A DNA stretch of 64,000 nt, from NCBI GenBank assembly GCA_051294375.1, contig CM119271.1, forward strand, positions 6,003,991 through 6,067,990, in the 5' to 3' direction. The DNA comes from Paraspadella gotoi. Taxonomy: Eukaryota > Animalia > Chaetognatha. Both the position numbers and the translations under genes were made by a program. This document shows positions 16,041-28,595 of the stretch, piece after piece. How positions within the stretch are numbered: the stretch's first letter is position 1; the number at the start of each line of letters is the position of its first letter. The notes below the pieces were generated by a model. The model did not search any database and was not told the origin of the DNA. It saw only the letters and a list, made by a program, of their open reading frames with translations.

Positions 16041-16208
16041 CTCTATAGGGACGTCAGCGGCCGAAATCAAAATAGTCTTCTTGATCTCCATAGGGGTAGC
16101 TGGACTCGTCGTTGTCGACATCAGCGCTTCACAGCGGTCGGCGGAGCCGATGACAACCGATAAAAACATCGAGAGACGGAATAGCGGCGTTCCATCTCTC
16201 TCGACCGG

Positions 16209-16283
<75 letters not shown>

Positions 16284-18733
16284 TGAAATTCGTTTTCCCA
16301 AAAAAGCCGGTTCCATTGGAGATTTAGGGTCTCTCTTGTCAGCTGGTCCGACAACGCCTTTTTGACATACATGGACTTTCGGTCAGTTCCGAGTGACGGA
16401 GATCGAGGTCACCGGCGAAGTTCGTATTGACTTTTTTTCGCAAATTTTATTCCTCGAGTATTGATACGGAATGGTAATGTGACGAGCGGTCTCACTCCGT
16501 GTCCTTTTTCATCGCCCTGGTTACCATTCTTTGTATCTAAGCCTTTTTAAATCTATTTTTTACTCAAAAAAGGAAAGAGGGATGTATACACAAACACTAA
16601 TGCCATTTGCTTGCGATCTGTTGACTTGATTTTTTTTCCCCCACTTAGTAAAAATATATCAGACTTTTATACCTTTTATCTCATAACTTTTTGAAGTGGG
16701 TTCCATAGATCAGTTTCAAAATTTGCAACCCGGCAACGGCTTCGCTTATCACATTTACGTTAATCATAATCAAACGATTTGTGAACTTTGGAGAGTCAAT
16801 ATCCTTTTGCCGTTCGAGAAAAAAAAGTATTTGCCCATGACTATGACCGCAACCACAAGCCAATTTATTGGATACTATCAATTAGATCCTAAATTTATTC
16901 TATATCAATTATATTAATTCGGTTACATTACACTTTTCCGAAACGGATATCTAACGTGGTGAAAGGGAAGCGTCGCTCTCCCATTTTTGTCAACTCCGCA
17001 TTCGGCAAGATGACAAACCTTGTTTATAATCGGATAAGCCGCTTTCTCGCCTCAGTCTCTCAGGCACGTCTTCACAAATTTCGTTGGAAAAGTCACACGG
17101 TGATCCCATCCGGCTGGCAGAGTATCGTCGGATAATATTAAGTTTTTTTCGGGAAAATTAAATTTCCGCTGATTGTGATTTTAAATACTATTTTGATGTA
17201 TAAAGTTTCCCGAAAAATTTTAAGCTTAAGTAAATTGGAGCATTAGAAGTTTGCAAGCGTGATTATGTGTTAATTGAGTCTTGACCTACAAACATCTAAG
17301 CAGTAAATTTTCGGATTTTTTTTTTTCAAAGATGAAGGAATGCTAAGTCGCAATCCATTGATGCGAACATTCTTGACAACCTTTCAATTATGTAGGTCAA
17401 ACAAGATTGAGCGTTGACAATGCAGACTGAAAATGGTTTAGGCCTTTCCATCAAAAACCCAAGAGAAGCCCTGGTAATTTAATTTACAAGAGTTGAAAAC
17501 AAGATTCTCTAGGTAACTGTTATTTTCGAAATTACATTTATTTTACAAAGTAAAAGCTGGAAACTAGTCCGCCGCACTCGAATAGCTACTTCTGTCTCTC
17601 GAAATAAGAATAGATTTATGGGAGAAAGTTTTGTTTATTACAATCAAGTCGTCGCATGGTAACAAAGGTCAACGGAACAATAGAAATACAAAATTTAGTT
17701 GATAACATTATCACCACGTGATGAACCAATCGGAATTTGTAAAAAGTTTCCGTTCAGCCGCTCACTAAGTATTTCTTAGGGTTTTCACTAATAATGATAA
17801 TGAAAATAATAATCGTAATAAAAATAAGAAACAAGTACATTCAGTTCCAGCTGAAAAAAAATTGATGCCTATATTTGGACTAGGGGGGGTATAACCGTAT
17901 ACGGAGACTCGTCCGATTACTTAGAAAATTATGATTTTTTTTAGAAGGCACTGCGGCTGCACAAACAAAGACGGAAATCTATGGTTCGTATAAGAAGTTT
18001 CGTTGTTAACTTGGGTCTTAGGAGCAAGTCTGGAAAACAGCTTGATAATTGAGCGACAACGACATTGACGAAAATATTTAATGACCGAAAAGCAAACCCT
18101 TCGATTTGAAATGAAACAAATTATTGTCTTGTACAGATTTTTTTTCTTTACAACTAGAAATTTTAATGAGCAATAGATATTCAACATATGTAGTTCAAAG
18201 GTATAAGGGAGAAGTTTTTTAGAACGCAACATCATTAGGCCATCATTCATACTGTTGTTACTTATATTACAAACCACGTTTCACTTCTAGCTCTCGATGT
18301 ACGTACGTACTATGTAATACAATTTTATTATTTATTTATTTATTATTACATATTTAATTTTTATGAATTACATTTTTAAGACTGAAGAAAATCCACAATT
18401 ATCCTTCAAGAAATATTGAAGCAAAAACCGATTATAACAAGCGACGCGGTGAAGAGTTTAAAATTAACTATCGTTACGAGAGCTCAATATTTGACTTAAT
18501 CACCGGAAGACATTAAAAGTCGGTTATTGCTTATTATTTTTAAAATGAAAACTAATTTTCCAATTACTTCAGACACGTCTTTTCATTAACGGGCAAAATG
18601 AGGTAAATGAGAACAGCCGATTATCCTAATATGGCGATAAAAAAACCCGAGACGTCAAATTGAGTCGAACGCCGCATTCGGTTTTTGGCGCCAAATCAAA
18701 CCCTTTCTCCTCCGGAACGAAGAAAAGAAACCG

Positions 18734-19556
18734 TCATTGCAACGCCGCTTCTTTTTGAGATGCGTCGCCGATTCTCCTCGACGAAGCATTGGAAAGGTTC
18801 GTTAACGAAGAAGGGACGACCGTTCGCGTCGACGCAGACGTTCCCTCATCTCCGCCGAATCCTTCCTGGCTGCAGTAGGTCATGTAGAGAAATCCGTCGT
18901 GGTCCTTTTCCTGATCGTAGATTTCGGCCAGAGTCAAGGAGAGAGTCGCCATCGAGCGTCGGTTGACGATGAAGAAAAACGCCTGTGTCTGCGAGACGGA
19001 CATCCGGCTCCGGATGATGGTGATGAATTGAGACATGGAGAGCTCCTGGGGGACGAGGAACTTGGTCTTGTCGAGTAGAGGCAGCTCCTTTTCTCGTCGG
19101 TATCGCTCGACGATGACGGGGATCTTCGTCGGGAACTTGGATCGAATGCCGTCAGTTTCTTCGCGCCGAGTCGCAAAGGACTTGCGCTGCTTGAAGGGCA
19201 GGAGGTTCTCGTGGAGGAAGCTCGGGGACTTGATGAGGGGCATCATGAAGGTCGGCATGGTGGAGGGTGGATGGCTGGGGGTGTCGGAGGAAGAGTAGGA
19301 AGAGGATAGGCTGGGGAAATAATTGAAAACTATTCATAATCTTAATTCGATGATCGAAGTTCAAATCCAATATTTCGCCCTTTATTAAAAAATATAAAAC
19401 TGCGGTATAATTGAAATTTATGTAAATTGATTAATAAAATCTAATTAAAAATTTATATAAAAAGGTAATTTATGAAACTTTCCCAATTCTACAACCTAAG
19501 AATAAAAAAAAGGAATAAAATGAAAGCTTTGCACGAATTGGTACTTACCTTTTCAT
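18734..19556 (-). CDS. MAP1LC3C: ATG8-family protein, LC3C type; main exon 18734-19310 plus probable micro first exon 19549-19556 (ATGAAAAG|gtaagt)
   Basis: PFKQRKS...KFPTKIPVIVERY...LDKTKFLVPQELSMSQF...DGFLYMTYCSQEGFG matches LC3C; upstream exon splices in frame adding MKSLSSSYSSSDTPSHPPST. Confidence 0.93.
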
Positions 19557-20846
19557 GCAATTTTTCTTTCGAGTTTTAGAGAGTTACGATGAAACACAGA
19601 AATGGCGTCAACAGCCAACAGAATTTGCCAACAGAAATGATAGTTTTTTTTTTGTTTGAATTTAAAATTGTGTTTTTAAAATTTTTTTTCCAAGGGAGGG
19701 ACGTTAGTTTTTTTTTTTTTTTTTCCCAACTGAATTTAACTTTTGGACGACTTTGGACGAAGAATATTTTTTTCTCGCAAGAGTTCCACGTCTGAAGAGA
19801 TCGTCGCCCGATGACAAAATGAAGACAATTTGCTAATCTTTTCTTCTCGAATCTCGAATGTTCTTTTTCGTCCGGTCTCTGTCTCTATATCGTTCTCCCT
19901 CCGCAGAGGACGCGGTCCGCCGAGGAGAGAGAAGAGTAGAGATCGCGATAAGCCTCCGAATATGAAGCGAAGAAAAATTAAGAATATTACGAAAAAAAAA
20001 GGCGAAGAGATCCAGGATTAGGAAATCCGTCGACTTGGAACTTTCTAATCTCTCTTTCCGAACCAAGTAACACGAACAAACAAATTAAAAATGAGTTGGT
20101 CCTACATCCTCATCCCAGCTGATTAAAGATGATATGTCTGACTCGACGAGTAAGAAACGCGGCTAGATCGGACCAATCGAGAACGAGGACTCTACCAATC
20201 GTCGTTACGAAACATAAGGATGTAGGTTAGAGTTCGAATTATGGTTTAACACTCAATCCAAAAGTTAACCATAACCTCGAATCTTCTTTTGGAATATTTT
20301 TCTAATGTATTTTACAAAAATATTATAGCGATCACTTCATATAATTTATTAACCGAATAATTTATAACTGATTAATGAATATTGAAAAGTAATATTTGTA
20401 GTTAATCTTAAAACAAATTTAAAGTCGTAGTTATTGCATTATAATAAGAACAAAACTAAGTCTGCTTGCTAAAAAATCGCAATATTACGATCCAATAACA
20501 ATATTAAAAAGATGAATATTTACATTAAAGGTGAATATAAAAATGAGCTTTAAAGAATATAGAAAAATATCCATTACTGTTCTCTATGCATGCGAGGGTC
20601 GCGCGTTCTAGACGTTAGTCAACTCAGATACTCAGTTAACTGAATATCTTTTAGAGAAAGATGATAATGTAGGAAATTTTGACCTCACGAGTTGATATCC
20701 AATTTCTCTCTCGAAATTGCCCGACTCTCATCTCTTTTCGCTCTTTCTTAGTTTTAGGGCTTTGCATGTAAAGATAAAAGGATTAAACGATACGTCTGTT
20801 ATTATACGTAGTTACAAATACGTTATTTAATAATAAAAAAAAAAGG

Positions 20847-21003
20847 TGTTGCACAGAGGGGGAAAGCATCATCCCATTCATGAGGTCCATCCACAGTCCT
20901 AACGATTTCCCAGCGATGGTACAAGCGAGACCGATCTTGGGTTATTGGGTATCCGCGCCAGTGACAGGTGATGGGCATCACGGGCAACCCAGCTGCTGCT
21001 ACA
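20847..21003 (-). mobile_element. Short degenerate LTR-like unit, possibly related to the twister-bearing family
   Basis: GC-rich island with inverted TG...CA termini (TGTAGCAGCA...CCCTCTGTGCAACA) resembling TGTGGCAGCA...CCTCCGTTGCCATA; no TSD and no intact ribozyme core. Confidence 0.35.
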
Positions 21004-21651
21004 TTAGTATGTATATTCTGTTATTTGACAAGGCCTATGAAGAGTTTTCATATTAGGTTTAAAAAATGATTGATTATAAAAAAATGTTTAAAAATATTTA
21101 ATTTAAGATTAAATCATTTATGTAAAAATATTTTTTTTAAAATAAGAAAATAAAAAAATTTGAAAAAGAAACCAATTAATTTTGGTAATTTTGATGGCTA
21201 AACTTAAAATAACTAAAACGGTCCTTCAATGTGTTTCGCCACAGAGACCTTTTTTCACGTATATTTCCGAGTGATCATGTGACTACATAATTATAAAAGA
21301 TATGTGTAACAATTGTTCAATGGTTTACTTCTCTGCAAACTTTCAACTAAAACAACTAAGTATTAATTAAAAATTCTCATAATACTATTATGAGAATTTT
21401 TAAATATGAAATATGCTTCATTTATTTAGTAATAACGTGACCGTAGTTTTGCGTGGCCACGTAATTATACACAAAAACAATAATAATAATAATTCACGGA
21501 TACCTTATTAGTCTGCCCAATATTAATTAAAATACCTTAATATTTCATTAGTTAGGATGCATTGAATATTAGGTCATGTGATCTCTGTTTAAGGTGATCA
21601 CTGATCAAGTGACCTTTCTGCTAAATATAAAGTATTACCCGAGTTATGAAT

Positions 21652-21738
21652 ATTTTTAACGTAAGTCAGACTGACAGACCGAACGACCAACCAAAAAAGG
21701 AGTTGCTCCGCGAGTACTCTCGCGAGTACTACTAAAAA
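21652..21738 (+). mobile_element. Helentron/DINE-1-like non-autonomous element 3' end
   Basis: gaca-type microsatellite followed by gagttgctccgcgagtactc palindrome and actaaaaa; homologous to 55362-55462. Confidence 0.5.
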
Positions 21739-23807
21739 TCGAGCCGGTAAAAATGGCTCAAACTAGCGGGAAAACACCTGGTCAAAGGCGGACACATCTT
21801 GACCGAGATGCTTTGTCGCCGATCAGTCAGGACCGAAGCGGCGAAGGTCGTCCGGTGTCATTTGGTGCGAGGATCCAAGCGAATAATCAAGAGTGGAGGC
21901 CTTGGAAAAAAATAGATCATTGCCTTTATTTTTTATTGATTTTCGATGCTTTATGGGTAACGGCTGCTTCACAAGATTCGATCAAGATAAGATTCGATTC
22001 TTTCGCGGGCGAGAAAAAAATATCTGGGAAACTAAATTCTTTTTTTCGAAAGTCGCCTTTTAGCTTTTCGCTTTTTCGTAGGCAAAAATTCTTTTACTTT
22101 CGCCGACCGGGCGTTTAAAAAAAAAATGTTTATTTAAAAATATATATATAAAAAAATTATTACTTTATTACCCTCACCTTAAACCCTTTGAACCCGAAAC
22201 ACTTCTAACCTCAAACCACTTTTAAACCACCCTTAACACTAAACCCCCTCTAACCCCCTTCGGCGAACGTAAAATTATGCCAATTCTTATTTAAAAACAT
22301 TAAAACAAATAATGAATTTAAAACATTTTCAAAATAAAAAGTTTGAAATGGTTTGAAGGTTTTTCATAATTGCAAAGCCTTTATTTCCTTCCTGATATCA
22401 ATTTATATCCTGATGAACCTACTAAAAATGAATCAAAATGAAGTAATTCCCATTACATTAGAGCTGGACCTTCCTGTATTTCTCCGGACGAGCCTTTTGT
22501 TTCGAAACTGATAAAAATTGATGGTTTACGTAGATGTCCTACCAAAGCGGCAAACGGTTAAATTTTGTTCGATATATTGAGAAATAGGAAAAGAGAACAA
22601 TAGTTTTGGGGGCAGCTATTAATAACAGATATACAATCACAAGTCACAAATCATTCAATCAAATTATTAACCTTATTCTCTTGGCTTTCGCTTCTGGTTC
22701 TTCTTTAGACAACAGCTACTACGTATTTCTCCGAAAATTGATATTTTATCATCATGAAAGCAAAAAGATTCTATTCTACGTATTTCTCCTTAAATCCTTA
22801 CTTTTTTCCGTAATATGTCTTTTGTTTTTACTTATGTCTTTCCGAGTTCCATTTCTCTAATTGTCATTCCATCTCTATCGATAATCTACATATATAGTAT
22901 CAAAATCTTTCTTTTTTTCATTTAATTAAAAATAGCTTCGTGAATTCTACTACTAAAACGCGACCAATAATTACAGTAAATAGTTCAACTATTGACTATT
23001 GCATTATCCGTAGTATCACTATATCAGTTTTGCATTGTGGTAAAAAATTATATTTAGCTTTCGTCATGAAACAAAACAACTTGAGTTATGCATTTGTATA
23101 TTGGATAAGGTACAAAAGCGTTTACTAAATACTATATCACAGGAAGTACACAACTGTACCGAACCGAAATGTTTCGTTTTTTACGGCTAAATCTGTTTAC
23201 AAAAATTTGAAAAAAATGAACAGTATGAGAAGCTTTATTTAAGGTGTTTGTTAAAATTGGTTTAATTTTTTTTTAAATCTTTTTACAAATTGTAAATATA
23301 TTGTACTTAGTCTAGATTCGTATTAATCAATTACCATCCACATAAAGCGATTAGATTATTTTACATGCCTCTACTGCCAAAACTACAAAAATAAGTGAAT
23401 AATTGTAAAACGGAACTTTTTACTTTTACCGACCAGGATTTATTTTTCGGTCCGTTATTTTTTCGCATCTTTTAAATTTAATATTAAAAGATATATAAAA
23501 AAGAATCTAATATGATAAATTTACCTATTTCTGACTACTTACTCTTTTATAAATGTTACCCTGACTTTTGACAACAAACTCCCTAACTTCCCAACCCCCT
23601 ACCGGTACAAAAAGAAAATCCAGAAAATCTATAATTATATCGAGAATAATAAAAGATGGCGACAAAAAATTACCGACCAGCGTCTGCTACGAAAGGTTCC
23701 GATCGGGGAAAGTCCAGAGGAAAAAAAATACAGAAAAAAAAAAGGATAAGGCCCATCGCCTGTTAGAGGACATTCAAAAGTTAATCTATACTCTCAACCC
23801 ATCCCCC

Positions 23808-26800
23808 TTAAGCCGTCTCCAAGACGGTTGACTGCTTATGGATTGACTTGTCCTCTCCATCAGGCGACACCAAGGTGGTGGTGATATCCGCACCGGATCC
23901 CCAGCTCGAGCTGCCGCGCCAAACGACCTGGAAGGGCGGGTCGTCGACTGCGTCGGCCACGGCCGCCCAGACCTTGATCGTGCCACCGCTGGGCATGACG
24001 AAGCCCACGGGGAACCTGTAGACGAGTGCGTCGTTGTTGTCGACTTTGCGGCGGAGGGAGAATCCGTCGAGACTCTGGTCCTTGCCCTTCTTGTTCTCCA
24101 GCATGACGAAGGTGCCGTCGGGGCAGCACTCCGTGATGGCTACGGGACCCTTGGAGGATCTCTGGAAGGTCTTCTTGGAAGCCATCTCGCTCTTGGTGAC
24201 CATGACCTGTTGAGAGGCTCCGCCGGCCGAGGCCATGGCGGAGCTGGATGAGCTCTGGACCAACATGCCGCCGCCGCCGCCGCCGCCCGCCGCGGAGAGG
24301 CCGGCGCCCGCCGTCGTGTCCCTCAGGCGAGATTCTTCTCCCATCAAGAGGCGCCTGTAGGTGGCGATCTCGGCGTCAAGAGCCAACTTGCTGTCCATCA
24401 GCTCCTTCAGTTCGAGGATCTGAGCCGCTAATTGAGCCCGGAGCCGTTCGATCTCTGCCGCCTGTTGGGGATTGTGACCGATACTGGTATTTTAGTATAC
24501 ACATTAATTTATAATTGTTGATTCTGAGGTTTCTTATATATTTGTTGCCAATTTTAATTGTTATCTCATTTCTTATAGTTGACAAATATTGCTGTAGGTT
24601 CACATAAATTTTGTCGTTAAAAATGAATGTATGATTTTCCTAAAGTAATACTAAATATTTTCTTATATCCAAACACTTCTTGATTCTTCCAAATTTTGTT
24701 TAAATTCGGAATTTTATAATTTATGGTAAAAGAATAGCAATTAAAAAATGAATACAATCAAGTATTATGGCTCAAACTCGTGTACCTGATCGTCCGAGGC
24801 AGCCTCCTGATTCTTGTTGAGGAATTCCAACTCGGCCTCCAACTGCGCCACCCTCTCCAGCAACTCGGCGTTGTTGGCTCGAAGTCGCGAGATCTCCGCC
24901 TGCAGCTCCGAATATTTGGCGCGCGCGCGTTTGATCTCCTCTTTCGACTCGACGAGCTCTTGACCGGAGCGTTGAGACGTCGTCAGCATTTCGTTGAATT
25001 TCGCCTTTGAAGAGGAAAAGAGAGGAACAGGGTGAGAGAAAGAGCAGAGATACCTGGAAAAGGGAATGATAAAATGATGGGAGAGGTGCGGTTCTTAAGG
25101 GAGCTGGGATTTTTATCGTAGCTGACTGTTTGGGGACATCTTATACACTGTACAGTGTACACAAAGTAATTATTATTTTATTTTCATTTTTCTCAATTTA
25201 TCACCTAAATTTAAACGTTCAAGTTGTTTCTTATTGCTTTCATTCGTTGTCATTGGTTTTTTTTGTCTTCGCTTTCCAACATTGTTATTGCAATAAGGCA
25301 TATGCCTTTAGTTATGCATTTCCAAGCTCATTATTTGTGGACTGCAAGTCTACAGATATCTGACGCCCTTACGATTCTCCATTCCTCTCACCTTGTACCA
25401 CGAGTCCGTGTCGGCGCCCTTCTGCGACTCCAAGATAGCGTCGTATTCGGCGCGAATGTCCCTCAACGCCAAGGCCAACTCGTTGGAGAACATCGTCCTC
25501 CAGTCTTCCGAATCGAAGTTCATGTCCATCAGCTGGAAAAAGGAAGCTCGAAATTCAGCAACAAATCGGACAAAAAATCCAAACACGCTCATTCTTCGAT
25601 CTACTTTTCCGAAAGCGCCCCAATTCAGCCAAAATTTTTAATTAGGGGGTTTAAGGTTTAGTATTAGAAGATAAGGATTAGAATTAATGATTAGGTTTTG
25701 ATATTAAAGATTAAGTTAGCGTTAAAAATGAGTTTAAACATATTATTAAAAAATATTAGGGTGAAGAGACAGTAATTATTGTTATGTGTTAGTGATAGAA
25801 CCGTTCAATATAAGCAGTCCCTGAGCTTTGGATCAGGCTGTAACACCATGTTACAGGCGGGTTAAGCGCCCCGTCCCTCTTAACTGCCAGACGACCATCG
25901 GGCTAGAACCCCGGACCTTGGGGTTGGGAGGCGAATGACTTGCCTCCGGCACCAATGGCCGCTGATGAACAGTTGGTGGATTTTAGTTCACCATACATCC
26001 CCCCCCCGTAGGGAGAAGTCTGTTACATCTCTTCAGTGAATTGTTGTTGTTGGTGGAAAGTTCGTCACCAAGTTGAGGCATATCGCCTGATGTGTTGTGG
26101 GCGGAAAGTGCATCGCCAGGTTAAGGCATGTCGCCTGAAAGTGTTGTTGTTGCTGTTGTGTTCGGAAGTCGGGCTTACCAATGAAGAAACAGTAATTATT
26201 GTTATGTGTTAGCGATAGAACCGTTCAATATAAGCAGTCTCTGAGCTTCGGATCAGGCTGTAACACCATGTTACAGGCGGGTTAAGCGCCCCGTCCCTCT
26301 TAACTGCCAGACGACCATCGGGCTAGAACCCCGGACCTTGGGGTTGGGAGGCGAATGACTTGCCTCCGGCACCAATGGCCGCTGATGAACGGTTGGTGGA
26401 TTTTAGTCCACCATAAGGGTTAATTTTTAGATTTAAAATTAGGTTCAGGTATTACGAACAGAAATGAGCGCTTTCGGAAAATAGAGCCCATTCTCCCTCA
26501 CCTGACGAATCTTCTCCTCGTACATGTTCCTGAGAAAGTTAATCTCATCGTCTTTGGTCTGCACCATGGATTCGAGCTCGATGCGCGCCACGATCTCGGC
26601 GTCGGCCGCAGTCTTCGAGTCGCGGAGGTCGCGTTGGCTGCGCGCCAAGTCTCCCTTTGCGCGCGCGCACTCTCGCTCCAACGCGTCCACGGTTTTGGTG
26701 AGGTATTCGATCTGGGCATCGCGTTCCGAGATTCCCTTTTCTAAGGCAGGGAGGCGTTCCTGTGGTTTGGTTGTTTTTCGGTCTTTGTTTATTTTTAAAA

Positions 26801-28070
26801 GAAAAATTCCTTCTCAATAATTTGAATATTTATTCATTGACAAATAAAACATTTCACCGCGTGTCTATTCATTTATTATTCATCGATTGATATTTATTAT
26901 TCATTGCCTTTCCTTTTCAGCTCTCAGCTATTTGTCTTTGATCTCACTCTTTCTCTATATCTTTCCTTTTTTCTCGGGTCTTTTCTGTCAATTTAAAAGA
27001 TTTTTGTAATTTTGTTCACATTTTCCACTCACATGAACTTTGAATTGTTACATGTTTTTAAGAGTGGCCCCAGCATTGCGCCCACCTAAAATTGCACGCA
27101 CAGTATTCCGCGCACATGGGATTTCCGCAATGCGGCAATCCTATGAGGGCGCAACACAAATCGGAAATCGTTTTTATTACCTCATTGAAATCACTTTCAG
27201 ATCTCTCTTCGATTTAATTTAACGTCACTCTTCCTTCACCTTGGTGATGGCGTGCTCTCTGGCTTCCTCTGCGTACTTGGCCCGGACATCCGCCAACTCC
27301 TCCTCCAGCCTGGCCAACCTCAACTCCACCTCAGCTTTGGCTTTGGTTGTCTCGTCGATAGTCGATCGCGCCGCCGTCAGCTCAGATTCGTACATTTCCT
27401 TCAGCGTCACCTCGAGCTGCTCGAACTTAACCTAAAGTGAGAAGAAGGGTGAGGCTAGAATTGCGACATTATTGTTTTTTTGTTTTGTTTTTTTCCTTTT
27501 GAAACTGTCACTCTGTTTACTTTTTTTTGGTCTTTTAAATAGATGACGATTTTTTTATTAAATTTTATTGAATCCCCACGAGGCAATCGTTTTCGATTTC
27601 AATACACCTTTTTTTGGACATCATTTTTTGCCCAATCTATTAGCCAAAACATAATTAGTCTAATCGACTATCAACTAAATCTTAAAGCGTCATCCTCGTG
27701 TCAAAACCTTAAGCGTATCGATGATGGATTGAAGCCTCTTGTTGTCCGCCTCCAAGAAGCGAACTCTCTCGATGTAGGAGGCGAATCGGTCGTTGAGTTC
27801 CTGCAAGTCGCGCTTCTCCTTTTCGCGTTGGGCGATGACGGCCGAAGGGTTTGACGCCACCTCGCGAACCGCGGCTGGGTACAATAATTTAAAAAACCAT
27901 ACGTGAATAAAATTATATATTCTATCCATAATGATATTAAAAAAAAGTAATGGAATATTGCGGAAAGCAGCAAAGACGTGAAGACAATTCCACGTTTTCA
28001 ACGCTACTAATGCGAAGTTTGTATGATTTGGCGGTAATTTTGACCAATTTAATGTCTTTTGTTTTTGAGT

Positions 28071-28161
<91 letters not shown>

Positions 28162-28431
28162 ACTAAGTCATTAATTCCTCACCCACCCTTCCCCTTAACA
28201 CTCACCCGTGATGCCACCACCGCTTCCGCCCAGCGAAGCCAGCGCCATCCGCAGCGACATTCCGCCGCCGCCGCCGCCTCCGCCGCCGCCCGAGCGGGAG
28301 ATGCTGGACTGCGTGATGGACATGCCGCCGCCGCCCATGCCGCCCATGCCTCCTTTGCGGATGGAGATATCCCGCGGGCGGATGGAGGATTTGGTGGAGG
28401 ACTCGTACGAGTAAGATGTCGACATCGACAT
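23808..28431 (-). CDS. Cytoplasmic intermediate filament protein with lamin-tail domain, 7 exons (28206-28431, 27708-27874, 27240-27431, 26502-26759, 25392-25532, 24786-25004, 23808-24461), 618 aa
   Basis: Coil 1a LQELNDRFASYIERVRFLE, coil 2 end KLALDAEIATYRRLLMGEESR, Ig-like tail (FVMLEN...YRFP...IKVW...WGSG...LVSPDGE); all junctions GT-AG and in phase; no CaaX or basic NLS so not a lamin. Confidence 0.95.
25814..25887 (-). ncRNA. Twister ribozyme fold, type P5, in 3' LTR
   Basis: Same as 26234-26307 but loop UCCAAAGC gives one T1 mismatch and P4 is CCUGA/UCAGG. Confidence 0.6.
26234..26307 (-). ncRNA. Twister ribozyme fold, type P5, in 5' LTR
   Basis: GCAGU UAAG AGG GA CGG GGCGCU UAA CCC GC C[UGUAACA-UGG-UGUUACA]G C CUGA UCCGAAGC UCAG AG ACUGC; T1 CGG/CCG intact, P2 weak; predicted cut between 26284 and 26283. 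Confidence 0.7.
26311..26382 (-). promoter_or_regulatory. tRNA-derived (Gly-like) segment with Pol III A and B boxes inside the LTR (also 25891-25962)
   Basis: GCGGCCAT/ATGGTCGT acceptor-like stem, TGGTGCCGGAGG A box, TTCGCCTCCCA, AGGTC variable loop, GGTTCTAGCCC B box; anticodon stem does not pair so not a functional tRNA. Confidence 0.65.
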
Positions 28432-28595
28432 TTTGGAGATTCAGATATTTTTTTTATCTTTACGAAGAAACTTTTTTGTGTCCCGAGGAAAGGGGAGATT
28501 CGACGTTCAAACGCTTTTTTTTTTGCGGAGATTGATTAGAATTTAGATGCGGGATTATCGAGTGAAATTAGTTTGTTTTCTTGGTTTGGGTTTTT

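Larger units (their letters stand above)
25762..26415 (-). mobile_element. Complete miniature LTR retroelement (TRIM/retrozyme-like): two 234-bp LTRs (25762-25995, 26182-26415) around a 186-bp non-coding core
   Basis: LTRs differ at 6 positions; AGGG duplicated at 25758-25761 and 26416-26419; minus strand has TTGGTAAGCCCGA right after the 5' LTR and G9-ATG right before the 3' LTR; lies in an intron of the IF gene. Confidence 0.9.

Noticed and set aside
16054-16130. Minus-strand frame DVDNDESSYPYGDQEDYFDFGR* resembling an amidated CCK/sulfakinin-like peptide
   Set aside because: In-frame stop just upstream; needs a frameshift to join a KR site, and an overlapping open frame is at least as plausible.
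25962-25995. CTGATGA followed by a hairpin at the LTR end, suggesting a hammerhead
   Set aside because: No GAAA after a stem II and no closing stems; the twister fold on the other strand explains the structure.
26311-26382. Functional tRNA-Gly gene
   Set aside because: Anticodon and D stems do not pair and it is part of a repeated mobile unit.
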